A program made the position numbers and the translations under genes. A stretch of 46,555 bases of DNA from Octopus sinensis (taxonomy: Eukaryota): assembly GCF_006345805.1 (NCBI RefSeq), contig NW_021834542.1, positions 1 to 46,555 on the forward strand. The letters are read 5' to 3'. The notes beneath the pieces were generated by a model. It did no database searches, was not told the origin of the DNA, and was given only the letters and a program-made list of their open reading frames with translations. Shown in pieces: positions 1 to 13,388 of this stretch. Numbering within the stretch: position 1 is the first letter of the stretch; each line of letters begins with the position of its first letter.

Positions 1-1817
1 ATATGTATGTATGTAGAGGCAAACCTACACAAATGTGCCCCAGGCGAATGTTTCCTTGTAACTTCTAGAAAAATGGATGTTTTTCAATGAAATTTCTTTC
101 ACAAATATCCTTCAGATGGCAAATATTCCAATTATATCGGAATTTGTTGTGAGAAAAACCTTTTCGGTGGGTGGAGAGAGAAATTTAGGAAAGTTCACCC
201 GAGTCGGCTTTCTTTCCAAAAAAATAGATATTTTCAATAAAACCGTTTCAGATGGTGAAGATTTCGATTATATCGGAATTTAATATGAAGAAAATTATAA
301 AAATTGGTGGATTCGCACAGATATACACTGACACAAAACAGAAAATAAAAAGATGAACTTTGGGAAAATAACCGTGATGTGTGTCAGTATGTATGTGTGC
401 GAAACCATCAAATTTTTAAAGTTTTTTCATGTTAAATTCCGATATAATCCTAATCTACACCATTTGAAAGGTGTATTAGGTGGAAAAATATTAGGTGGAA
501 AAAATCAACAGCATAATATAGTGAAATAGCAACATAATAACAATAACAACAATAATAATACAGTACAATGCAAAACATTATAGATCAGCAAATACATATA
601 AAATGAAAAATATTGATTGACATCAGCAAAATCCAGAAGTGTACATGCATATAAAGGCATACAAGTCAGACTTTTGACGGTGATATATATTAAGTGGTAA
701 GTTTAGAAATGATTTAAGATTGAAAGCTCAATAGGATTGACTGGAACATTTGAATTTCAATTATCTCCGTTACGGTTGGTTTATTAAGATACACTTACAT
801 ACATACACACGTATATGTGCGCTTACACATATATACATAGATAAACCAAAAAAATAGAAAATACAAGCTTACATACACACATACATACATAACTACGAAC
901 GTATAGATCCATATATATATATATATATATAAACAAATACATATACCCGAAAACAACCACGCACACATATATGTATATATATACATACACATACATACTG
1001 TTAACTAAAATAGTATTAAGAATCATTAAAATTAAGATAATATTAATTGTTAATACAACGAAAGGGGTTGGAAGGGTAATTCGTAATATACAAAAAAGAG
1101 GGGCCTAAAAGGTAGAAAAAGGTAAGGGTTAATAAAAGGCAAAGGTTGGGAATATTGAGATAAAATTTATAAGGGTATAAACTCAAAACACAGATTTACC
1201 ATAACCAGTGTAAAGAAGATGTAGGTTATTTGCATAAGATACATAATTAAAAATTACACCACATATTCCGTAAACAATCAGAAGACTAGGAAACCGTCCA
1301 GATATCAACACTTGTAAATTTTATCTGAATATTTTCCAACAGTAATCAGACACAAGAACAGGAGTAAAGAGGGAGGACAATTTATTAAATGAACCCCTGG
1401 ATATTACTGGTACAGATTTTGACCCCAGGAGTTGAACTTGGAACACAAACGGATCAAAGTAAGGTGATGATTCTGCATTTAGCCCAGGGCCAGAGGAAAG
1501 AGGAAAATTTCAAGAGAAGGTGGGGGGTGAGGTGTTTTACATGGAATGAAAGGAAGAAGGGAGAGGATTTGAACCTGTAACGTTGAGGTAACGAAGGATG
1601 AGATGAAGTAAAGAATCCAGTCAGGTAACAACAACAACAACAACAATAATTATGATGATTAATTAATGAAGTTAGATTACAGTGTCATTAGAGTGTGAGA
1701 GAGAGAGAGGGGTGAAGCATGACGACCCATGGTGGGATTATGACATGAATGACTCGAAACAAGAAAACAAAGATTAAAGAAACAGATTTGGATAATCCAA
1801 ATCCATTGGGGACTTAC

Positions 1818-2176
1818 TTTTGAACTGCCAGATGGAGAGGGGTGTCACCCTCGAGGTTCACCTTATTGACATCGATGCCATTCTGTTGCAGGAGAAAATC
1901 AACAACATCCTTGCGTCCATGAAAAGAGGCAAGATGTAGAGGGGTGTCACCTTGCTTGGTCTCAGCATTAACATCCGTGTCTTTATGTTTCAGGAGAAGT
2001 TCAACAACGTCCTTGCTTCCATAGCGACAGGCAACATGGAGAGCTGTCCAACCTTTGTTCTCCACAGCATTAACATCGATGCCATTCTGTTGCAGGGGAA
2101 GTTCAACAACGTCCTTTCTTCCACAGCAACAGGGAAAATGGAGAGCTATCCAACCGTCTCTCCTTTGCTGATTAAC
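1818..2176 (-). CDS. Ankyrin gene large exon C, module 1 (3 x 102-bp repeats plus a half repeat); gene continues past the left edge
   Basis: AG acceptor at 2178-2177 and GTAAGT donor at 1817. 359 nt = 3x102+53, open frame VNQQRRDGWIALHFPCCCGRKDVVE...GDTPLHLAVQ. Window start matches intron sequence (7091, 12651) that lies ~140 bp from a B exon, so another B exon is expected just outside the window. Confidence 0.88.
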
Positions 2177-2622
2177 CTAAAAAAAATAAACAATAAAGAC
2201 ATTAAAGATGGTGTTTATTGGGGAAAGAAGGAAAAAAAATGAAAAATGTCAGAAAAACAGAATCAGATTAATTTAAACAGGTGGAATGAAGGTGAGGGGA
2301 AAATAAATGAGATTTATAATGTATCTATACACACACACATTTGTGTATGCATATATATATATATACACTCTCGCACATACATATATACATAAATACCTAT
2401 ATATACATACGTGTTTTATATCTTCACGGATCATTTGTTTATGCATTTTTGTGTATATATGCGTTTATGTGTGTGTATATTTGTGTATGTACAGGTCTGT
2501 GTGAGCTGAAGAAAAGTTTTTAATCAAAAACATATAAATATAAACTGTTTCATATACATAAAACACAAACCAACATACATATCATTATACACACACACAC
2601 ATATATATATATATTCGCTGAC

Positions 2623-2779
2623 CTGTAAATTGTTATTTTCTTTGCTATTTAACAGGACTTTGACTACATCTTCATAGTTCTTCCTCACAGCCAGATGTAG
2701 AGGTGTGTTGCCCCCTGAGTCCTGCTTATTAACATTTGCTCCACTGGAGACTAAGAAGGCCACAACATCAGTTTTGTGG
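2623..2779 (-). CDS. Ankyrin gene small exon B, module 1
   Basis: AG acceptor at 2781-2780 and GTCAGC donor at 2622. 157 nt. HKTDVVAFLVSSGANVNKQDSGGNTPLHLAVRKNYEDVVKVLL... Confidence 0.9.
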
Positions 2780-3189
2780 CTGAAAGGAAGAAAAACAAAC
2801 ATAAAACATCACATTCACTTAATAATTACATCAAATATACACTCGTGTTCCATTAAATGCATAAAAACCTATATATACTACAGCCTCGTGTGTGTGTGTA
2901 TGTATATATATAAATATATCTATATATATATATATATATATATAAAAGTTATAGAAAAACAAAACGGATTTGGGTGAATTTTGAGAAAGTTTGAAAATTT
3001 GTTTTTACAACAATTTCCGATATAATTGGAATCTTCATCATCTGAAGCATTTTTGTGAAACAAATTCGTCGTGGGGCCCATATGGACGCATATATATATA
3101 TATACACACACACACGTACATTATATATCACCGGTACATATCGCTAGTTGAAATGTCAAAGTCAATAATATTATACAGGTGTATATGTG

Positions 3190-3236
<47 letters not shown>

Positions 3237-3790
3237 GCATGTATGTGTATGTATGTATATATATATATGTATATATATAGAGAGACAGACAGACAGAGAA
3301 ATATGAGCCACTGAAATACGTATAATCGTTAATACACAGTAGACAAATGTGTACGTGTGTGTGTATACACATATTAATAGGTGAGGGTATAAAGTATAAA
3401 TATTTTTATCCCAGCGAGTGTACAATAGAAAACAAGGATTAAGTACCGTTGTTAGTATCTATATATTTGGTATACATTGAAAAATGTATTGTAACCCTTT
3501 TGCGAAAGATGGAATGTCTGAAAATTATAGACAAACTAATTGATAGCAGATTTCTCATCAATCTAAAAAAAAAACAACAGCAGCACGTCGTAATTGGCGG
3601 GAAAACTACGTCTGCAAATGTAATGTTGTCATAGCAACAGACTATGCAAGAGAAAGTTTGCTGTTAAGGGCAACGAGGCGTATTTTTACCGCCAAAAGAA
3701 ACAGTAAAGTATGGCGGTCATATAACACACATAAATGAATATATAAACACACAAATATTTATTATATATGTGTGTGTATACATATATATT

Positions 3791-3825
<35 letters not shown>

Positions 3826-4667
3826 ATATAAGTTAAACTCCAGTGTTTGACTCGAGCAAAAAAAAATTGTGCAATAGGTGTAAAATAAAATGTAAAATGA
3901 ATATGTAAAAAAAAAATACACTCTGGCGAACGAGGGGCGGTGGAGACGACTCGGAAAATTCACACGATCAATCTCACAGGATCCGAAAACTACATGTTGT
4001 TTTATACCTGTTACACTTTTTGTTTTCATTTTTGGGACCGGTTGTCGAGTGGGGTTACCGGATCGTGTGAATCATCCGAGTCCGCACCCCAGATATACAC
4101 TGACACAAAACAGAAAATAAAAAGATGAACTTTGGGAAAATAACCGTGATGTGTGACAGTATGTATGTGTGCGAAACCATCAAATTTTTAAGTTTTTCAT
4201 TTAAATTCCGATATAATCCTAATCTACACCATTTGAAAGGTGTATTAGGTGGAAAAAATATTAGGTGGAAAAAATCAACAGCATAATATAGTGAAATAGC
4301 AACATAATAACAATAACAACAATAATAATACAGTACAATGCAAAACATTATAGATCAGCAATACATATAAAATGAAAAATATTGATTGACATCAGCAAAA
4401 TCCAGAAGTGTACATGCATATAAAGGCATACAAGTCAGACTTTTGACGGTGATATATATTAAGTGGTAAGTTTAGAAATGATTTAAGATTGAAAGCTCAA
4501 TAGGATTGACTGGAACATTTGAATTTCAATTGTCTCCGTTACGGTTGGTTTATTAAGATACACTTACATACATACACACGTATATATGCGCTTATACATA
4601 TATACATAGATAAACCAAAAAGACAGAAAATACAAGCTTACATACATAACTACGTACGTATATATCC

Positions 4668-4698
<31 letters not shown>

Positions 4699-5579
4699 AA
4701 TACATATACCCGAAAACAACCACGCACACATATATGTATATATATACATACACATACATACTGTTAACTAAAATAGTATTAAGAATCATTAAAATTAAGA
4801 TAATATTAATTGTTAATACAACGAAAGGGGTTGGAAGGGTAATTCGTAATATACAAAAAAGAGGGGCCTAAAAGGGTAGAAAAAGGTAAGGGTTAATAAA
4901 AGGCAAAGGTTGGGAAATATTGAGATAAAATTTATAAGAAGGGTATAAACTCAAAACACAGATTTACCATAACCAGTGTAAAGAAGATGTAGGTTATTTG
5001 CATAAGATACATAATTAAAAATTACACCACATATTCCGTAACAATCAGAAGACTAGGAACCGTCCAGATATCAACACTTGTAATTTTATCTGAATATTTT
5101 CCAACAGTAATCAGACACAAGACAGGAGTAAAGAGGGGGGACAATCTATTAAATGAACCCCTGGATATACTGGTACAGATTTTGACCCCAGGAGTTGAAC
5201 TTGGAACACAAACGGATCAAAGTAAGGGGATGATTCTGCATTTAGCCCAGGGCCAGAGGAAAGAGGAAAATTACAAGAGAAGGGGGGTGAGGTGTTTTAC
5301 ATGTAATGAAAGGAAGAAGGAGAGGATTTGAACCTGAACGTTGAGGTAACGAAGGATGAGATGAAGTAAAGAATCCAGTCAGGTAACAACAACAACAACA
5401 ACAATAATTATGATGATTAATTAATGAAGTTAGATTACAGTGTCATTAGAGTGTGTGAGAGAGAGAGAGAGAGGGGTGAAGCATGACGCCCCATGGTGGG
5501 ATTATGACATGAATGACTCGAAACAAGAAAACAAACATAAAGAAACAGATGGGATAATCCAAATCCATTGGGGACTTAC

Positions 5580-6346
5580 TTTTGAACTGCCAGATGGAGA
5601 GGGGTGTCACCCTCGAGGTTCACCTTATTGACATCGATGCCTTTCTGTTTCAGGAGAAAATCAACAACATCCTTGTGTCCACGAGTAGAGGCAATATGAA
5701 GAGGGGTGTCACCTTGCTTGGTCACAGCATTAACATCCGTGTCTTTATGTTGCAGGAGAAGTTCAACAACGTCCTTGCTTCCATATTGACAGGCAAGATG
5801 GAGAGCTGTCCAACGATCTTTCGTCACAGCTTTAACATCCGTGTCTTTATGTTGCAGGAGAAGTTCAACAACGTCCTTGCTTCCATAGCGACAGGCAAGA
5901 TGGAGAGCTGTCCAACGATCTTCCTCCACAGCTTTAACATCCGTGTCTTTATGTTTCAGGAGAAGTTCAACAACGTCCTTGCTTCCATAGCGACAGGCAA
6001 AATGGAGAGCTGTCCAACCTTTGTTCTCCACAGCATAAACATCCGTGTCTTTATGTTGCAGGAGAAGTTCAACAACGTCCTTGCTTCTATAGCGACAGGC
6101 GAAATGGAGAGCTGTCCAACGATCTTCCTCCACAGCTTTAACATCCGTGTCTTTATGTTGCAGGAGAAGTTCAACAACGTCCTTGCTTCCATAGCGACAG
6201 GCAAAATGGAGAGCTGTCCAACCTTTGTTCTCCACAGCTTTAACATCCGTGTCTTTATGTTTCAGGAGAAGTTCAACAACGTCCTTGCTTCCATAGCGAC
6301 AAGCAAGATGCAGAGCTGTCCAGCCCAATTTATTTTTCTGATTAAC
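5580..6346 (-). CDS. Ankyrin gene large exon C, module 2 (7 x 102-bp repeats plus a half repeat)
   Basis: AG acceptor at 6348-6347 and GTAAGT donor at 5579. 767 nt = 7x102+53, open frame. Confidence 0.9.
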
Positions 6347-6797
6347 CTAAAAAAGATGAACAATAAAGACATTAAAGATGGTGTTTATTGGGAGAAGAAG
6401 GAAAAAAATGAAAAATGTCAGAGAAAAAGAATCAGATTAATTTAAACAGGTGGAATGAAGGTGGGGGGAAAATAAATGAGATTTATAATGTATCTATACA
6501 CACACACATATGTGTATGCATATATATATATTATATCACTCTCGCACATACATATATACATAAATACCTATATATACATACGTGTTTTATATCTTCACGG
6601 ATCATTTGTTTATGCATTTTTGTGTATATATGCGTTTATGTGTGTGTATATTTGTGTATGTATGTACAGGTCTGTGTGAGCTGAAGAAAAGTTTTTAATT
6701 AAAAACATATAAATATAAACTGTTTCATATACATATAACACAAATCAACATACATATCATTATACACACACACACATATATATATATATTCGCTGAC

Positions 6798-6953
6798 CTG
6801 TAAATTGTTATTTTCTTTGCTATTTAACAGGACTTTGACTACATCTTCATAGTTCTCCTCACAGCCAGATGTAGAGGTGTTTCGCCCCTTGAGTCCTGCT
6901 TATTAACATTTGCTCCACTGGAGACTAAGAAGGCCACAACATCAGTTTTGTGG
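6798..6953 (-). CDS. Ankyrin gene small exon B, module 2 (carries a 1-bp deletion: frameshift or consensus error)
   Basis: Same splice sites as the other B exons but 156 nt. It reads 'agttctcctc' at 6851-6860 versus 'agttcttcctc' in module 1, giving a TAG at 6841-6839. Confidence 0.7.
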
Positions 6954-7106
6954 CTGAAAGGAAGAAAAACAAACATAAAACATCACATTCACTTAATAAT
7001 TACATCAAATATACACTCGTGTTCCATTAAATGCATAAAAACCTATGTATACTACAGCCTCGTGTGTGTATATATATATATATATGTGCAAATATGTATT
7101 ATGTAA

Positions 7107-7830
7107 AGGCAAACCTACACAAATGTGCCCCAGGCGAATGTTTCCTTGTAACTTCTAGAAAAATGGATGTTTTTCAATGAAATTTCTTTCACAAATATCC
7201 TTCAGATGGCAAATATTCCAATTATATCGGAATTTGTTGTGAGAAAAACCTTTTCGGTGGGTGGAGAGAGAAATTTAGGAAAGTTCACCCGAGTCGGCTT
7301 TCTTTCCAAAAAAATAGATATTTTCAAATGAAATTTTCAATAAAACCGTTTCGGATGGTGAAGATGTCGATTATATCGGAATTTAATATGAAGAAAATTA
7401 TAAAAATTGGTGGATTCGCACAGATATACACTGACACAAAACAGAAAATAAAAAGATGAACTTTGGGAAAATAACCGTGATGTGTGTCAGTATGTATGTG
7501 TGCGAAACCATCAAATTTTTAAAGTTTTTTCATGTTAAATTCCGATATAATCCTAATCTACACCATTTGAAAGGGATTTGTAGAAATTTTCACAGAAACA
7601 AAATATCCACTTTTCTGAAAGTTATAGAAAAACAAAACGGATTTGGGTGAATTTTGAGAAAGTCAACTCCTCAACGTTTGAAAATTTGTTTTTACAACAA
7701 TTTCCGATATAATTGGAATCTTCATCATCTGAAGCATTTTTGTCAAAGAAATTTCATTAAAAAATATCAATTTGTCTCAAAGTTATAAGGAAACAAATTC
7801 GTCGTGGGACCCAGTTGTGTAGGTATGCCT
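7107..7830. mobile_element. Non-autonomous DNA transposon (MITE-like) with long imperfect terminal inverted repeats
   Basis: Left 'aggcaaacctacacaaatgtgccccaggcgaatg...attatatcggaatt' is the imperfect reverse complement of right 'aatttccgatataatt...gtcgtgggacccagttgtgtaggtatgcct'. Internal repeats of 'cagatgg...attatatcgga'. No ORF; superfamily unassigned. Partial copies at 17-470 and 2945-3080. Confidence 0.7.
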
Positions 7831-7978
7831 ATACATATGCACGCATATATATATTTATAGGATCTCGAGTATCGAGTACCAACGTCTGGCTAGCGCGCAC
7901 GCGCGAATCCGCGTGTGCGCAACCGGGACCACTCTGCGATAATGTCAAAGTCAATAATATTATACAGGTGTATATGTG

Positions 7979-8011
<33 letters not shown>

Positions 8012-8567
8012 GCATGTATGTGTATGTATGTATATATATATGTATGTATATAGAGAGACAGACAGACAGAAATATGAGCCATGAAATACGTATAATCGTT
8101 AATACACAGTAGACAAATGTGTACGTGTGTGTGTATACTCATATTAATAGGTGAGGGTATAAAGTATAAATATTCTTATCCCAGCGAGTGTACAATAGAA
8201 AACAAGGATTAAGTACCGTTGTTAGTATCTACATATTTGGTATGCATTGAAAAATGTATTGTAATCCTTTTGCGAAAGATGGAATGTCTGAAAATTATAG
8301 ACAAACTAATTGATAGCAGATTTCTCATCAATCTAAAAAAACAACAACAACAGCAGCACGTCGTAATTGGCGGGAAAACTACGTCTGCAAATGTAATGTT
8401 GTCATAGCAACAGACTATGCAAGAGAAAGTTTGTTGTTAGGGGCAACGAGGCGTATTTTTACCGCCAAAAGAAACAGTTAAGTATGGCGGTCATATAACA
8501 CACATAAATGAATATATAAACACACAAATATTTATTATATATATGTGTGTGTATACATATATATATT

Positions 8568-8600
<33 letters not shown>

Positions 8601-9430
8601 ATATAAGTTAAACTCCAGTGTTTGACTCGAGCAAAAAAAAATTGTGCAATAGGTGTAAAATAAAATACACTCTGGCGAACGAGGGGCGGTGGAGACGACT
8701 CGAAAATTCACACGATCAATCTCACAGGATCCGAAAACTACATGTTGTTTTATACCTGTTACACTTTTTGTTTTCATTTTTGGGACCGGTTGTCGAGTGG
8801 GGTTACCGGATCGTGTGAATCATCCGAGTCCGCACCCCAGATATACACTGACACAAAACAGAAAATAAAAAGATGAACTTTGGGAAAATAACCGTGATGT
8901 GTGACAGTATGTATGTGTGCGAAACCATCAAATTTTTAAAGTTTTTTCATGTTAAATTCCGATATAATCCTAATCTACACCATTTGAAAGGTGTATTAGG
9001 TGGAAAAAATATTAGGTGGAAAAAATCAACAGCATAATATAGTGAAATAGCAACATAATAACAATAACAACAATAATAATACAGTACAATGCAAAACATT
9101 ATAGATCAGCAAATACATATAAAATGAAAAATATTGATTGACATCAGCAAAATCCAGAAGTGTACATGCATATAAAGGCATACAAGTCAGACTTTTGACG
9201 GTGATATATATTAAGTGGTAAGTTTAGAAATGATTTAAGATTGAAAGCTCAATAGGATTGACTGGAACATTTGAATTTCAATTGTCTCCGTTACGGTTGG
9301 TTTATTAAGATACACTTACATACATACACACGTATATATGCGCTTATACATATATACATAGATAAACCAAAAAGACAGAAAATACAAGCTTACATACACA
9401 CATACATACATAACTACGTACGTATAGATC

Positions 9431-9979
9431 AGCAGGTCTTTTGTTAGCGGCTCTCCAGCCATCTATTTAAAACTGTATACAGCTATGGTACGACCACACT
9501 TGGAATTCGCATCATCAGTTTGGAATCCCTATCTTGCTCAGAACATTGACCTCCTGGAATCTGTCCAGAGACGTGCAACCAAACGCATACCCTCCATCAG
9601 ACACCTACCATATTCTGAGCGCCTTGTTTCCCTGGGCATGATTCACTGAAGCTCCGCGTCTGGCGACGGACTTGGTAAACACCCACAAAGTTATCAACCA
9701 CCTCACCAACAACAACACTGAACACCTTTTTGATCTCCATGTGTCTAACACACGTGGACATGCCTACAAAGTAAGAAAACAACACACGCTCCCATGACTT
9801 TCGGAAACATTTTTTCACGCTCAGAGTTGCTGAAGCATGGAATAAACTGCCTGCATCAATTGTTGACTGCCATGACACTGCATCATTTAAGGCCCTCATG
9901 CTTTCCGAAATCCACCGAAACTACACCTGATTATATATACACTTTAGATGAGTTGTAGTGCACCTGAGCACTGTACACA

Positions 9980-10012
<33 letters not shown>
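9431..10012 (+). mobile_element. 5'-truncated CR1-type LINE with (TTA)n tail, present only in module 3
   Basis: Translates to LKLYTAMVRPHLEFASSVWNPY...LLESVQRRATKRI...YSERL, and after frameshifts TRGH and FFTLRVAEAWNKLP, typical of the CR1/L2 ORF2 C-terminus. Absent from the equivalent sites at ~910 and ~4668. Confidence 0.88.
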
Positions 10013-10029
<17 letters not shown>

Positions 10030-10929
10030 TATAAACAAATACATATACCCGAAAACAACCATGCACACATATATGTGTATATATATACATACACATACAT
10101 ACTGTTAACTAAAATAGTATTAAGAATCATTAAAATTAAGATAATATTAATTGTTAATACAACGAAAGGGGTTGGAAGGGTAATTCGTAATATACAAAAA
10201 AGAGGGGCCTAAAAGGGTAGAAAAAGGTAAGGGTTAATAAAAGGCAAAGGTTGGGAAATATTGAGATAAAATTTATAAGAAGAGTATAAACTCAAAACCC
10301 AGATTTACCATAACCAGTGTAAAGAAGATGTAGGTTATTTGCATAAGATACATAATTAAAAATTACACCACATATTCCGTAAACAATCAGAAGACTAGGA
10401 AACCGTCCAGATATCAACACTTGTAAATTTTATCTGAATATTTTCCAACAGTAATCAGACACAAGAACAGGAGTAAAGAGGGGGGACAATTTATTAAATG
10501 AACCCCTGGATATTACTGGTACAGATTTTGAGCCCAGGAGTTGAACTTGGAACACAAACGGATCAAAGTAAGGGGATGATTCTGCATTTAGCCCAAGGCC
10601 AGAGGAAAGAGGAAAATTACAAGAGAAGGGGGGTGAGGTGTTTTACATGGAATGAAAGGAAGAAGGGAGAGGATTTGAACCTGTAACGTTGAGGTAACGA
10701 AGGATGAGATGAAGTAAAGAATCCAGTCAGGTAACAACAACAACAACAACAATAATTATGATGATTAATTAATGAAGTTAGATTACAGTGTCATTAGAGT
10801 GTGTGAGAGAGAGAGAGAGAGGGGTGAAGCATGATGCCCCATGGTGGGATTATGACATGAATGACTCGAAACAAGAAAACAAACATTAAAGAAACAGATT
10901 GGGATAATCCAAATCCATTGGGGACTTAC

Positions 10930-11900
10930 TTTTGAACTGCCAGATGGAGAGGGGTGTCACCCTCGAGGTTCACCTTATTGACATCGATGCCTTTCTGTTT
11001 CAGGAGAAAATCAACAACATCCTTGTGTCCACGAGTAGAGGCAATATGAAGAGGGGTGTCACCTTGCTTGGTCACAGCATTAACATCCGTGTCTTTATGT
11101 TGCAGGAGAAGTTCAACAACGTCCTTGCTTCCATATTGACAGGCAAGATGGAGAGCTGTCCAACGATCTTCCTCCACAGCTTTAACATCCGTGTCTTTAT
11201 GTTGCAGGAGAAGTTCAACAACGTCCTTGCTTCTATAGCGACAGGCAAAATGGAGAGCTGTCCAACCTTCGTTCTGCACAGCATTAACATCCGTGTCTTT
11301 ATGTTTCAGGAGAAGTTCAACAACGTCCTTGCTTCCATAGCGACAGGCAAGATGGAGAGCTGTCCAACCTTCGTTCTTCACAGCATTAACATCCGTGTCT
11401 TTATGTTTCAGGAGAAGTTCAACAACGTCCTTGCTTCTATAGCGACAGGCAAAATGGAGAGCTGTCCAACCTTTGTTCTCCACAGCATTAACATCCGTGT
11501 CTTTATGTTTCAGGAGAAGTTCAACAACGTCCTTGCTTCCATAGCGACAGGCAAGATGGAGAGCTGTCCAACGATCTTCCTCCACAGCTTTAACATCCGT
11601 GTCTTTATGTTTCAGGAGAAGTTCAACAACGTCCTTGCTTCCATATTGACAGGCAAAATGGAGAGCTGTCCAACCTTTGTTCTCCACAGCTTTAACATCC
11701 GTGTCTTTATGTTTCAGGAGAAGTTCAACAACGTCCTTGCTTCCATAGCGACAGGCAAAATGGAGAGCTGTCCAACCTTTGTTCTCCACAGCTTTAACAT
11801 CCGTGTCTTTATGTTGCAGGAGAAGTTCAACAACGTCCTTGCTTCCATAGCGACAGGCAAGATGCAGAGCTGTCCAGCCCAATTTATTTTTCTGATTAAC
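10930..11900 (-). CDS. Ankyrin gene large exon C, module 3 (9 x 102-bp repeats plus a half repeat)
   Basis: tttttag acceptor at 11902-11901 and GTAAGT donor at 10929. 971 nt = 9x102+53, phase 0 to 2. Repeated GWTALHxACxYxSKDVVELLLxHKDTDV. Confidence 0.93.
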
Positions 11901-12353
11901 CTAAAAAAGATAAACAATAAAGACATTAAAGATGGTGTTTATTGGGAGAAGAAGGAAAAAAATGAAAAATGTCAGAAAAACAGAATCAGATTAATTTAAA
12001 CAGGTAGAATGAAGGTGGGGGGAAAATAAATGAGATTTATAATGTATCTATACACACACACACATATGTGTATGCATATATATATATATATACACGCACG
12101 CACATACATATATACATAAATACCTATATATACATACGTATTTTATATCTTCACTGATCATTTGTTTATGCATTTTTGTGTATATATGCGTTTATGTGTG
12201 TGTATATTTGTGTATGTATGTACAGGTCTGTGTGAGCTGAAGAAAAGTTTTTAATTAAAAACATATAAATATAAACTGTTTCATATACATAAAACACAAA
12301 CCAACATACATATCATTATACACACACACACATATATATATATATTCGCTGAC

Positions 12354-12510
12354 CTGTAAATTGTTATTTTCTTTGCTATTTAACAGGACTTTGACTACAT
12401 CTTCATATTTATTCATCACAGCCAGATGTAGAGGTGTTTCGCCCCCTGAGTCCTGCTTATTAACATTTGCTCCACTGGAGACTAAGAAGGCCACTGCATC
12501 AGTTTCGTGG
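12354..12510 (-). CDS. Ankyrin gene small exon B, module 3
   Basis: ttcag acceptor and GTCAGC donor. 157 nt, phase 2 to 0. HETDAVAFLVSSGANVNKQDSGGETPLHLAVMNKYEDVVKVLLNSKENNNLQ. Confidence 0.9.
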
Positions 12511-12664
12511 CTGAAAGGAAGAAAAACAAACATGAAACATCACATTCACTTAATAATTACATCAAATATACACTCGTGTTCCATTAAATGCATAAAAACC
12601 TATGTATACTACAGCCTCGTGTGTGCATATATATATATATATATGCAAATATGTATGTATGTAG

Positions 12665-13388
12665 AGGTAAAACTACACAAATGTGCCCCAGACGAATGTT
12701 TCCTTGTAACTTCTAGAAAAATGGATGTTTTTCAATGAAATTTCTTTCACAAATATCATTCAGATGGCAAATATTCCAATTATATCGGAATTTGTTGTGA
12801 GAAAAACCTTTACGGTGGGTGGAGAGAGAAATTTAGGAAAGTTCACCCGAGTCGGCTTTCTTTCCAAAAAAATAGATATTTTCAAATGAAATTTTCAATA
12901 AAACCGTTTCGGATGGTGAAGATTTCGATTATATCGGAATTTAATATGAAGAAAATTATAAAAATTGGTGGATTCGCACAGATATACACTGACACAAAAC
13001 AGAAAATAAAAAGATGAACTTTGGGAAAATAACCGTGATGTGTGTCAGTATGTATGTGTGCGAAACTATCAACTTTTTAAAGTTTTTTCATGTTAAATTC
13101 CGATATAATCCTAATCTACACCATTTGAAAGGGATTTGTAGAAATTTTCACAGAAACAAAATATCCACTTTTCTGAAAGTTATAGAAAAACAAAACGGAT
13201 TTGGGTGAATTTTGAGAAAGTCAACTCCTCAACGTTTGAAAATTTGTTTTTACAACAATTTCCGATATAATTGGAATCTTCATCATCTGAAGCATTTTTG
13301 TCAAAGAAATTTCATTAAAAAATATCAATTTGTCTCAAAGTTATAAGGAAACAAATTCGTCGTGGGGCCCAGTTGTGTAGGTATGCCT
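12665..13388. mobile_element. Second full copy of the ~720-bp MITE (module 3)
   Basis: Near-identical to 7107-7830. Confidence 0.7.

Noticed and set aside
10932-11999. Long plus-strand ORFs (355 aa here, 287 aa at 5582-6445, 96 aa at 1952-2242)
   Set aside because: Antisense shadows of the ankyrin exons. A stop-free frame in one 102-bp unit is simply multiplied, and there is no recognisable domain.
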